This document shows positions 9,123-17,077 of a stretch of DNA of 32,334 nucleotides, in pieces; the first letter of the stretch is position 1, and each line of letters starts with the position of its first letter. The DNA lies in the IMG/VR virus record IMGVR_UViG_3300030372_000534, positions 1 through 32,334 of that record, one strand, 5' to 3'. This DNA is from a virus. Its lineage: Duplodnaviria > Caudoviricetes. Below the pieces are notes generated by a model. That model was not told the DNA's origin. It saw nothing but the letters and a program-made list of their open reading frames with translations, and made no database searches. The position numbers were made by a program, and so were the translations under genes.

Positions 9123-11358
9123 TTTTGATGCCAGTCTTTCAAATGCTCTTAAATTAAAGAATACAACAGCTTTCTGGGTTTGTAAATTATATTATAATGC
9201 AGAAGGCTCAGGTGATTTTATAGGGGTTTCTGATATTGATCGTTCTGATGGGTCAGATATGTATTATGGGCTTGTGAGTTCTTGGGGTCAATATTCACAA
9301 TCATTAGATTTTTTTAATTTTACAACTACCACAGCAAACATATCTATAAGGCTGATCAATACAGAAAGGTCTATTAAGGGTGGAAGATTCTCTGACCTTT
9401 TTTCTTCTAATAATTTTGCTAATAGAAAATGGGAATTATTTTTGAATACCAATCAAGCTGGAACATTTGATACAGCAGCTAGGATGATTGGAACAGGAAT
9501 AATTTCAGGTGATATTCAGTATGACTATACATCTGTTAAATTTACATTAATTGATCTTAGTTCAAAAAAACACAAAAGACTTCCAAAAACAACATTAACA
9601 TCAGCATCATATGCAAATGCACCAGAAAAAAACATAGGCAAGCCTGTACCAATAGCATATGGAGATTTTGCTACAAAAGCAAATATTGGTACTATTCCAT
9701 CCTCTCCAAAGTTTGACTATTTTTTTACTAAAGGAAAATTCCCAGCAATTATTACCAATACCTTAAATGAAGCTGATGGATATGTTTATGCAAAAGTTGA
9801 TAATGAAACAATGCACACATTAAATTCTAAGAATATATACATATATAATAGTGGTCATTATATTGCTTGTGATAACTCAAATACAGCCTTATCAAATCCA
9901 TCATTAAAATATAAAGGAACGTCATGGTTCTTATTTGTTCCTATTAGTACTGAATCAAATGTGTCTAATTGGGTTGATGGAAGTTTTAGCACCTCTACAA
10001 CATTATCAGAATCAACAGGAACAGAAAATAGAGATATTTCAATCCCAGAAGTTCCTAATCTTGGTGTTGTAAGTCGTGTTGATGTGATTTTTGACTATGG
10101 AACTATTGACATGAACAATGCAGAAGAATATTCAGTATTTGGTGTAGATGCATTGAATAGTGGTAGCCTAAATACAACTGTTCAAATTCAAAGTGGTGAT
10201 GGATGGGATTTTGCTCAAAGTGGTCACTTGCAAATAAGAACAACTCCTGAGGCTGGGGCTATTGAAGTTAACATAAAAGAAATGGGCGGGTTTGTTACTC
10301 TTTCCCCATCTAAAACTTTAACCAAAAGAATTGATGATTTAATTGAATATAGAACAGTTGAATATGATCAAATTGAAGAAGGTGATATACCATCAGAAAC
10401 ATTTGTAATCAAAACTGAAAGAGTTGTATCAATCCCAGCAGATATTGATTATGTATATTGTTCAGGTAAAGGTAGAAAATATGGTGCTTGGATAGATACT
10501 ATTAATTCTTCAGCAAGAACAAATGGAAATGGTAATGAGCCTGACCCAAATTATGCAGCAAATGATTTAATTGAAAACCCAGTTTATATTATAGAGGATA
10601 TTTTAAGAACTGAAATGGGGTTAGATGGCTCAACAACTGGAGAAGATATTGATATTGAATCATTTGATAGGTCAGGAAATGGTCAAACAGACTCAAGTAA
10701 AGGTGACATTGCATTTACACTTAATGATGCAATTGCAGATATTAAATTTGCATTTTCACAGTACAAGTTTATTAATTCTAAAGACCTTATTAACCAAATA
10801 TGTAAACAGATATGCAGTTGGGTTTGGCTAAGTGGTGATGGAAAATTTAAGATCAGGACATTGTTAAGACCTGGGGATACATTTTCAGCAGATAAAACAA
10901 TAGACTTTCTTGATATAAATTTAAAATCAATTTCTAAGACCAAGTTAAGCACAGTTAGAAATGATATTACAGTTAATTATAATTATGATTATGGACAGGA
11001 GCAAAATCTAAGCCAAGTAAACACTACTGATTCTACATCACAAGGCACAACAGTGGATGGCAACAATCAGACCTTAAAACTTGTAATTGATGCACTTGGG
11101 ACACTTGATTCAACTACGGCTACTCAAATAGCAGACGCATATAAAGCAATATTCAAAGATACAAAAATTATATTAGAGTTTGATATATTGACTCCAAAAT
11201 ACAATGACCTAGAAATTACAGACCATATCACTTTTAGTAATTGGGATAGTAACCTGAAACTATATGGAGCAGCCTTTAGTTCAGATTATTTTTTAATAAC
11301 AAGTATCTCAAAAAAGATAACTGGCTGTTCAATTAAAGCAATAAAGGTAGATGCGTAA
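9115..11358 (+). CDS. Tail tip / baseplate hub-like protein (747 aa)
   Basis: Directly after tape measure; IGKPVPIAYGD, ENPVYIIEDIL, RNDITVNY and DLEITDHITF are typical hub/central-tail patterns. Confidence 0.65.
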   Translation: MLSFDASLSNALKLKNTTAFWVCKLYYNAEGSGDFIGVSDIDRSDGSDMYYGLVSSWGQYSQSLDFFNFTTTTANISIRLINTERSIKGGRFSDLFSSNNFANRKWELFLNTNQAGTFDTAARMIGTGIISGDIQYDYTSVKFTLIDLSSKKHKRLPKTTLTSASYANAPEKNIGKPVPIAYGDFATKANIGTIPSSPKFDYFFTKGKFPAIITNTLNEADGYVYAKVDNETMHTLNSKNIYIYNSGHYIACDNSNTALSNPSLKYKGTSWFLFVPISTESNVSNWVDGSFSTSTTLSESTGTENRDISIPEVPNLGVVSRVDVIFDYGTIDMNNAEEYSVFGVDALNSGSLNTTVQIQSGDGWDFAQSGHLQIRTTPEAGAIEVNIKEMGGFVTLSPSKTLTKRIDDLIEYRTVEYDQIEEGDIPSETFVIKTERVVSIPADIDYVYCSGKGRKYGAWIDTINSSARTNGNGNEPDPNYAANDLIENPVYIIEDILRTEMGLDGSTTGEDIDIESFDRSGNGQTDSSKGDIAFTLNDAIADIKFAFSQYKFINSKDLINQICKQICSWVWLSGDGKFKIRTLLRPGDTFSADKTIDFLDINLKSISKTKLSTVRNDITVNYNYDYGQEQNLSQVNTTDSTSQGTTVDGNNQTLKLVIDALGTLDSTTATQIADAYKAIFKDTKIILEFDILTPKYNDLEITDHITFSNWDSNLKLYGAAFSSDYFLITSISKKITGCSIKAIKVDA

Positions 11359-12422
11359 TGGCTAATATGGATCCCAAAATACCCAAATTTTTTACAGATC
11401 ATCCTAATTTTTTAATGGCAACAGGAACAGCCCAAGATGGGAACTTTGATGTGATGAGTGGCTCAGATTTAATTAATACATTCAATGCTGGTAGTGAAGC
11501 TGAATTATTTGATATGAAACCAATGAATCAAGTGCATTTTGAAACATCTGGAAGTTCAGCAATAAAGGCTGACCATGTATTAATAAATATAGACTTAGGC
11601 AGCTCTGCTTTTAATTGTGACTATGTAGCAATACTAAATCATAATATGAAAAGCTCTCAAGCAAAGGTAAGGGTTGCTCATAGTGACACAGAAGGTCATG
11701 TTCAAGCTGCTGACATGGGAAGTGCTACTGCTTGTGCAAATATGGTAGAAGTTGTTAATGCTGATTCAATAGCTAATAATGTTTCAGAACCAGCAACTGA
11801 TGGCTCTACTATATTCACCTTTGACTCTAGTGATGACCAATACTGGGGAATACAATTTGAAGGCACAGATAGTGACTCTTCTGTTGCTGCTGTAGATGGT
11901 AGCTTTGATGGAACTTATGATTTAAAAATTGGATGTATAATGATAGGCGAGTCATATACAATGCCAAATGCCCCCGATTTATCAGTTAAAAGAACTATTG
12001 TATATGATGGGGTAGATGTGCAACAATCTGTAGGGGGGCAAAAATATGGCAATGCTACACACTTAGGAAGAAGGTTTACTAATGCTAGGAGTAAATCACC
12101 ATTTGCTACTTCTACATTTGCTTCTGGGGTTTATGGTGGTCGTATAATATATGACTTGAATTTTAGTTATTTATCAAGTTCTGATGTGATGCCTTCAGCT
12201 TATGATAGTGAGGTAGCAGCATCAGACACAGTTATATCAGATCTATGGAACAGAACTAAAGGTAATTTAATTCCATTTATTTTTTGTGGAGACTCTACTG
12301 ATACAGGAGACAATGCAGAAAGGTCTTATTTACTAGCTAGATTTAGACAGGACTCTCTTAATATGACCCAAGTAGCAAATAGTTTATGGTCTATGAAATT
12401 TAGAGTAGAAGAAGAGTTTTAA
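11358..12422 (+). CDS. Tail tip protein, possible beta-sandwich + distal-tail (Dit-like) domain
   Basis: IDLG...DYVAILNHN...YWGIQF (discoidin-like pattern), then GRIIYDLNFSYL...PFIF...FRVEEEF; last gene of the tail operon. Confidence 0.5.
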   Translation: MANMDPKIPKFFTDHPNFLMATGTAQDGNFDVMSGSDLINTFNAGSEAELFDMKPMNQVHFETSGSSAIKADHVLINIDLGSSAFNCDYVAILNHNMKSSQAKVRVAHSDTEGHVQAADMGSATACANMVEVVNADSIANNVSEPATDGSTIFTFDSSDDQYWGIQFEGTDSDSSVAAVDGSFDGTYDLKIGCIMIGESYTMPNAPDLSVKRTIVYDGVDVQQSVGGQKYGNATHLGRRFTNARSKSPFATSTFASGVYGGRIIYDLNFSYLSSSDVMPSAYDSEVAASDTVISDLWNRTKGNLIPFIFCGDSTDTGDNAERSYLLARFRQDSLNMTQVANSLWSMKFRVEEEF

Positions 12423-12453
12423 TTAATAAAAAATATATTTAAGTTTCTACCCT

Positions 12454-12521
12454 AGATGGCAGGGGTGAACAGGGCGTTAACTCCATTATGTCCTTATTCA
12501 TAACTAAGCACCTCTGCCTCT
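12454..12521 (+). ncRNA. Candidate structured small RNA (bipartite antisense to early leaders)
   Basis: Outer stem GGCAGGGGUG 12458-67 / CACCUCUGCC 12509-18; inner stem AGGGCGU 12471-77 / AUGUCCU 12488-94; three G-U pairs favour the + strand; unpaired parts are complementary to three early leaders. Confidence 0.55.
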
Positions 12522-12564
12522 CCCCCTTACCCTTACTTAACCCTTTAAATAAAAAATAAAACAG

Positions 12565-12593
12565 TTTACTTTATTAAATATTATTTATATATT
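12565..12593 (+). promoter_or_regulatory. Sigma70-like early promoter P1
   Basis: TTTACT (12565-70)-N17-TATATT (12588-93) with A-rich UP-like tract upstream. Confidence 0.7.
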
Positions 12594-12629
12594 TAGTTAT
12601 GAATAAAATAAACAATATGGGGTTTTTAA

Positions 12630-12818
12630 ATGAACCTATCAGAAAAAGAACTGCTTTATTTATATAAAGTATTGGTAGAAAAAAGAGAAGAGCTAGAAAA
12701 AACACATGGTTATATGGCTCTTACTTTAAGACTAGACAATAAGAAAGAGCTTGACGTAGTAAACACAATATTGGCTAGAATAATTGAACTGAAAACTTTA
12801 GAGATAGGGGGTAAGTAA
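12630..12818 (+). CDS. Hypothetical early protein (62 aa)
   Basis: GGGG RBS; first gene after P1. Confidence 0.7.
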   Translation: MNLSEKELLYLYKVLVEKREELEKTHGYMALTLRLDNKKELDVVNTILARIIELKTLEIGGK

Positions 12819-12819
12819 T

Positions 12820-13056
12820 ATGAAAAAAATATATTCACAAATCATTTCAGAAGGGGTGAATGGAGTTGCAAGTAATTGTGGAGATAACAACAAAGGTCAA
12901 AACCTTGCCTTCGTTGCTGAAATTGAGATTTACAACCAACTTAGGCTATTTCTAGAAATGCTTGTGATGTTAAAAAAGTTAAATAAATATTGTCCTAATA
13001 CTTGCAGAGATTTAAATGTAGAGAGTCTTATAGCGAAAGCAGAGGGGTGTAAGTAG
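12820..13056 (+). CDS. Hypothetical early protein (78 aa)
   Basis: GGGGGT RBS; tight packing. Confidence 0.7.
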   Translation: MKKIYSQIISEGVNGVASNCGDNNKGQNLAFVAEIEIYNQLRLFLEMLVMLKKLNKYCPNTCRDLNVESLIAKAEGCK

Positions 13057-13057
13057 G

Positions 13058-13258
13058 ATGAAAACATATATACATATTGAAATCTTAAATGGCAACAAGT
13101 GGGAAGTGGTTATTTTTTATGATAGGTCATTAAGGCTTTGGACTGTTTTGTTATACAGAAATGATGAACAATTATATGATGCTGAATACTTTAATAATAA
13201 AACTGAATTGTTGGAGCGTTATGATTTAAAAAAGTTTACAGTTGAAGGGGGTGAATAA
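13058..13258 (+). CDS. Hypothetical early protein (66 aa)
   Basis: GAGGGGT upstream; tight packing. Confidence 0.7.
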   Translation: MKTYIHIEILNGNKWEVVIFYDRSLRLWTVLLYRNDEQLYDAEYFNNKTELLERYDLKKFTVEGGE

Positions 13259-13560
13259 TGATACTATATAGAGAGTCTGGTCAGGATATAATAAAAATAA
13301 AAGCAGTTAAATGTAGAAAGCCAAAACTAAATAGTAATGCAAAAGGTGCTACTTGGGATTTTGACAGGCACTACATTGATGGTCATCAAATAATGATCTG
13401 GATAGAAACGTCTTGGGGTGATTATGCTTATTTTCAACTTGATGGTCAATGGTACAAATTTAGAATGCAGTCAAGTTGGAGAGAGTATGAGATGAATGAC
13501 AATTTGGATTTTGGTCAAGAGTTTAATGTACAGTTTTCAACTAAATATGAGGGTAAGTAA
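13258..13560 (+). CDS. Hypothetical early protein (100 aa, aromatic-rich)
   Basis: GGGGGTG RBS; TAATG coupling. Confidence 0.7.
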   Translation: MILYRESGQDIIKIKAVKCRKPKLNSNAKGATWDFDRHYIDGHQIMIWIETSWGDYAYFQLDGQWYKFRMQSSWREYEMNDNLDFGQEFNVQFSTKYEGK

Positions 13561-13877
13561 TGGGTAGGGTAAAGGGAACTGCTCCTAATTATGGTGGGGT
13601 ACATCGAAAAGCAGAAATTATATCTAAAAAGTATTATGCTACTATTAGTTGGGATGAGTTAGTTGAGAATGGTGTTAAAAAAGCAGAGGCAGCAGAGGTT
13701 ACAATTCAAAGAGATAAACTTAGTTGGCTTGTTGAAGATGTTGCAGAATACCTAGACAAATACAAAGCGAGGGGTGCTTATTTAGATTTAGCTAGTTTTG
13801 AAATGGAACTTCGTAATGGAACTTCAACGAGAAATATAACTAAAGATGTACTAAACAATATAAAGGGGAGTAAATAA
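13560..13877 (+). CDS. Hypothetical early protein (105 aa)
   Basis: GAGGGT RBS; TAATG coupling. Confidence 0.7.
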   Translation: MGRVKGTAPNYGGVHRKAEIISKKYYATISWDELVENGVKKAEAAEVTIQRDKLSWLVEDVAEYLDKYKARGAYLDLASFEMELRNGTSTRNITKDVLNNIKGSK

Positions 13878-13951
13878 TGAGACCATATTGTCTAAAACAT
13901 AAAAATTATATAAGTGATTCTGAACATTGTATGAAAAATTGTAAGGGGTAA
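13877..13951 (+). CDS. 24-aa Cys/His micro-protein MRPYCLKHKNYISDSEHCMKNCKG (not in track)
   Basis: GGGGAG RBS; TAATG coupling; fills the gap; CxxH...CxxxC. Confidence 0.55.
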   Translation: MRPYCLKHKNYISDSEHCMKNCKG

Positions 13952-13954
13952 ATA

Positions 13955-14416
13955 ATGCCATATCCAATGCTAAACAAACATAGTGAAGCTCAATATTTAG
14001 AGCTTGAAAAGAATTATTTTAATTTATTTAATGCCTTGCAATCCTTATTGACCCATACAGAAGGGGAAGATCTTGATGAGGATTCAAAAAGGCTAATTCA
14101 CTTTGGTGCTTTGTGTATAAGAATTAATCAAATCGTGGAAGAGTACGCAGACTTCACCAGCAAGGTTCGGGATGTCATGTTCAAAGGGGACTCCGCAACT
14201 ACAACCTTAAATTCCTCAAGTGTATCTGGCTTATCTATAAAGGAATTTAAGACCCCCCCCACTCCTGAGCCTTCTGGTGATGTTCAAATCATAGTAAATA
14301 AAAAAGAATATGGATATATAATAGAAGCCTTAGAACACTTTGCTAGTATGTACCCAGATCTCAAAGTAGCAGATCAATTCCAGCAGCTATCAAATGATAT
14401 AAAGGATTTAAAATGA
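13955..14416 (+). CDS. Hypothetical protein (153 aa; two helical regions with an S/T/P linker)
   Basis: AAGGGGT RBS; ATGA overlap downstream. Confidence 0.7.
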   Translation: MPYPMLNKHSEAQYLELEKNYFNLFNALQSLLTHTEGEDLDEDSKRLIHFGALCIRINQIVEEYADFTSKVRDVMFKGDSATTTLNSSSVSGLSIKEFKTPPTPEPSGDVQIIVNKKEYGYIIEALEHFASMYPDLKVADQFQQLSNDIKDLK

Positions 14417-14730
14417 GCTACTTTAACACTACATTTGAAAAGGGTCAGGAGCTTAAAGAAAGCCACAGAAAAGCAAGAAGCCAAGAAGAGTTAATATATT
14501 CTTATTTTCTTAACCATGGTAAGCCACTAAGCCCCTCTCAGGTACTTAAAAATTTAAAGTTAAGCTGTCCAATTACTTCTATAAGAAGGGCAATGACCAA
14601 CCTAACTGATGACAATAAAATAATAAAAACCAATATTAAGGTTAAGGGGATGTATGGTAAAAAAGAACATCTTTGGAGGCTTAAAACTGCCGAAGATGAT
14701 AATGATGCAGATCAATACAAATTATTTTAA
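14413..14730 (+). CDS. Putative winged-helix DNA-binding protein
   Basis: IYSYF...LSPSQV...ITSIRRAMTNL...IIKT...LWRL matches a wHTH layout. Confidence 0.6.
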   Translation: MSYFNTTFEKGQELKESHRKARSQEELIYSYFLNHGKPLSPSQVLKNLKLSCPITSIRRAMTNLTDDNKIIKTNIKVKGMYGKKEHLWRLKTAEDDNDADQYKLF

Positions 14731-14868
14731 ATGGACAACTTGATACATTTTTTAAAACATATATTTGGTTTATGTGGTGAGCCACATCCTAATATTTTAT
14801 ATGGTGGGTTATTTGCATATTGTGGGTATTGTTTTCATTTGTTACTACAAAAAATAAAAAGGAGATAG
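14731..14868 (+). CDS. 45-aa small protein (HIFGLCGEPHPNIL), hydrophobic C-half (not in track)
   Basis: Starts right after the previous stop and contains the AGGAG RBS of the next ORF. Confidence 0.55.
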   Translation: MDNLIHFLKHIFGLCGEPHPNILYGGLFAYCGYCFHLLLQKIKRR

Positions 14869-14869
14869 T

Positions 14870-15046
14870 ATGAGACATTACTGGGAAGTCTTATTTAGTG
14901 TAGAGTATTTTCCATATTGGGAGTTCACCATGCTTATGATATTATTATTAAATCTTAGTATGCTTTGGAGATTGCACAGAGTAGAAAAAAAGATAGACAT
15001 TCAAAATGAATTATTTCATCATATAATTGATGAGGTGGAGGAATGA
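14870..15046 (+). CDS. 58-aa single-TM protein (not in track)
   Basis: AGGAG RBS; TM WEFTMLMILLLNLSMLW then coil; ATGA overlap. Confidence 0.65.
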   Translation: MRHYWEVLFSVEYFPYWEFTMLMILLLNLSMLWRLHRVEKKIDIQNELFHHIIDEVEE

Positions 15047-15183
15047 TAATTATGAACATAGCAGAGTGGATAGGAAACTTTTTTATTTTAGGTATTGCAG
15101 CGCTTATATGGGTTTTAGTTGTATTTGCTGTGATGATGATTATTTCAATGTTAAATAAAACAATAAAGGATCTAACCAAATGA
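15043..15183 (+). CDS. 46-aa single-TM protein (not in track)
   Basis: GGAGG RBS; FFILGIAALIWVLVVFAVMMIISML; ATGA overlaps at both ends. Confidence 0.65.
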   Translation: MIIMNIAEWIGNFFILGIAALIWVLVVFAVMMIISMLNKTIKDLTK

Positions 15184-15296
15184 TAAACATACTAGAAAAA
15201 ATAATTGATTGGATAGATAACACCCTTCCAATAATTATAGCACCATTAGTGCTAGTAGCACTTGTTAGAATTATATATCAAATGATAACATACTAA
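15180..15296 (+). CDS. 38-aa single-TM protein (not in track)
   Basis: AAGGA RBS; LPIIIAPLVLVALVRIIY; stop abuts the RBS of 15307. Confidence 0.6.
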   Translation: MINILEKIIDWIDNTLPIIIAPLVLVALVRIIYQMITY

Positions 15297-15306
15297 GGAG
15301 AACAGA

Positions 15307-15915
15307 ATGGCATTTTTAAAACTAAAAAAAGAACACAATATTGGCAAACCTATTGAAGTTGCAATACTTGTAAATGGTGAAGATGTAAAAGGTGAAGAAA
15401 ACAAGTGGAATAAGCTAGAATACAAGGTAAGGTGTGAGAACATTGGTGAGGATTATTTAACAGCCGGGTCAGGTTCTTTTGCAATAAAACAAGGTGACGA
15501 ATTTGAGCTGCAAGCATCACAACCTCTTATGAGTAAACTTTTATTTTTTAGTAAGGGTGAAACTGCTGTAATTGAACTTTGCAACAATGAGAACAAACCA
15601 GGTCAGGTTTATTGGAAGGTTGAGCCAAGTGAAGAAAAATATGAAAAGGAAATAAAAGATATTGAAACAGTAGAGCAAAAGCCCTACGGATATAATTCTG
15701 TAAAGGAAAGGGACACAGATAGGCGGCTTGATATTCTTTGGGGCATGGCTTTTAATAATGCAACTAGGCTTGCTTGTACAGATAAAGAATTAAGCCCTGC
15801 TGGAAAAACTTTGCTCATAAAAGAAATTATGCCTGAGATGTTTAAAATAGCTAGAGGGCTTGATGCTGTATTAGAACAAGAACAAAAGCAAGATGAAGCT
15901 GATCTACCATTCTAG
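15307..15915 (+). CDS. Putative ssDNA-binding/recombination protein
   Basis: AAGGAG RBS; beta-rich N-half; acidic DEADLPF C-terminus like SSB tails; upstream of nuclease and initiator. Confidence 0.5.
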   Translation: MAFLKLKKEHNIGKPIEVAILVNGEDVKGEENKWNKLEYKVRCENIGEDYLTAGSGSFAIKQGDEFELQASQPLMSKLLFFSKGETAVIELCNNENKPGQVYWKVEPSEEKYEKEIKDIETVEQKPYGYNSVKERDTDRRLDILWGMAFNNATRLACTDKELSPAGKTLLIKEIMPEMFKIARGLDAVLEQEQKQDEADLPF

Positions 15916-16051
15916 GTTAAATAAAAAAGGTTCTTTATTGCCCTGGGTCAAGTATTATGAAAGGCTGTTAGAGCAAGGTAGAATAGATAAGAATGGTGGT
16001 GCATATCAAAGGCTTAAAATGTTAATAAATAGGTACATGGCATTGCTTTGA
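15893..16051 (+). CDS. 52-aa hypothetical protein (MKLIYHSRLNKKG...AYQRLKMLINRYMALL; not in track)
   Basis: Fills the gap; TGA overlaps the TTG start of 16048; true start uncertain. Confidence 0.5.
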   Translation: MKLIYHSRLNKKGSLLPWVKYYERLLEQGRIDKNGGAYQRLKMLINRYMALL

Positions 16052-16413
16052 AAAAAGCTGAAAGAAACAAGCTGCATAAATTAGTTAGAAAATATGTGTT
16101 ACTCAGGGACAAGGTATGTTTGAGGTGTGGAAAGTCTGATAGGCTTCACGCCTCACATATCTACCCTAAAGGCAAATATAGAAAGATGCAATTTGATGTA
16201 GAAAATGTTAAGGCTCTTTGTGTTGGCTGTCATCTCTACTGGTGGCATAAACACCCAATAGAAGCCAAAGAATGGGCAGTAAAAACATTAGGAAAGGCAA
16301 GACTCAATAGATTAAAAAAACAAGCTAATACAATAAATAAAAACAAATTAGATTTTAAAGAGTTAGAAGCTGAATTAAAAAACAAAATAGGGGGATTAAA
16401 TGGTATTAATTAA
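16048..16413 (+). CDS. NinG/Rap-like (HNH-type Zn) endonuclease
   Basis: YVLLRD..CLRCG...HASHIY...FDVENVKALCVGCH. Confidence 0.8.
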   Translation: MKKAERNKLHKLVRKYVLLRDKVCLRCGKSDRLHASHIYPKGKYRKMQFDVENVKALCVGCHLYWWHKHPIEAKEWAVKTLGKARLNRLKKQANTINKNKLDFKELEAELKNKIGGLNGIN

Positions 16414-16831
16414 AACTAATGAATATGGTCATATAAATGTTGGTAATGTTTACCCAGCAAAGAAAAAAAGCAAAGCCTCTGGATTTATTCAATTTTATAC
16501 TGGAGCGAAATGGTTATTGCTCAGGAATACTTATTATGAAGATGTTATCAATAGTGAGTTTCCTAATGAGTATTATAAGACTAAAAACATGGTTCCTATT
16601 TATAGGACGTACAGAGATAGTGTTAAAGTGTCTAATATATATCCAAGAGAAACTGAAAATGGATTTAGATTTCTTGTTTCTATACATGAAAAAAAGAATA
16701 TTAAAACTATGAAGAATTACAATCAACTTTATTATATAGGGAATGGTTTTGATAATGATTATAACATTGTAAAACAAACAGAAGTAACTAGAAAATCAAA
16801 AAGAAACTTTAATGAATATGAGGGTTATTAA
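16400..16831 (+). CDS. Hypothetical protein (143 aa)
   Basis: GGGGG RBS; partial internal duplication (NVYPAK...GF / NIYPRE...GF). Confidence 0.65.
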   Translation: MVLIKTNEYGHINVGNVYPAKKKSKASGFIQFYTGAKWLLLRNTYYEDVINSEFPNEYYKTKNMVPIYRTYRDSVKVSNIYPRETENGFRFLVSIHEKKNIKTMKNYNQLYYIGNGFDNDYNIVKQTEVTRKSKRNFNEYEGY

Positions 16832-17077
16832 ATGAAAGCACTTTTTAAATGTGTTTATGATTCTAATAAAAAAAAATTTAGTGAAACATTTCAATTACAT
16901 TTTTTTGCAACATTTAAAAAATTAGACCCACAAGATAAGTGTGATATAATTGAGTACATTCAGTATCAATTGCAAAAAGAATATGACATTAACAAAGAAA
17001 TCTATTATGATGGACTTGACAATAAGGGTTCATCAAGTGGTTTCTATGAAACAACAATTCACAAATTAACAAGATGA
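16832..17077 (+). CDS. Hypothetical protein (81 aa)
   Basis: GAGGG RBS; contiguous with neighbours. Confidence 0.65.
   Translation: MKALFKCVYDSNKKKFSETFQLHFFATFKKLDPQDKCDIIEYIQYQLQKEYDINKEIYYDGLDNKGSSSGFYETTIHKLTR

Noticed and set aside
12441-12457. AAGTTTCTACCCTAGAT resembles a Cas12a repeat end (solitary repeat / RNA anti-CRISPR idea)
   Set aside because: Only a 4-bp stem with a 3-nt loop, lacks the GTAGAT arm, single copy, and its AGA competes with the larger hairpin
12453-12507. Leftward promoter and gene using the inverted leader copy (TTAGTTATGAATAA...GGAGTTAA on the minus strand)
   Set aside because: No -10 hexamer upstream on that strand, no start codon after the GGAG, and G-U pairs favour the + strand fold
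12599-12667. Leaderless 22-codon uORF starting at the ATG near the P1 start
   Set aside because: The equivalent ATG is in frame at P2 and absent in the third leader, so conservation is better explained at the nucleotide level
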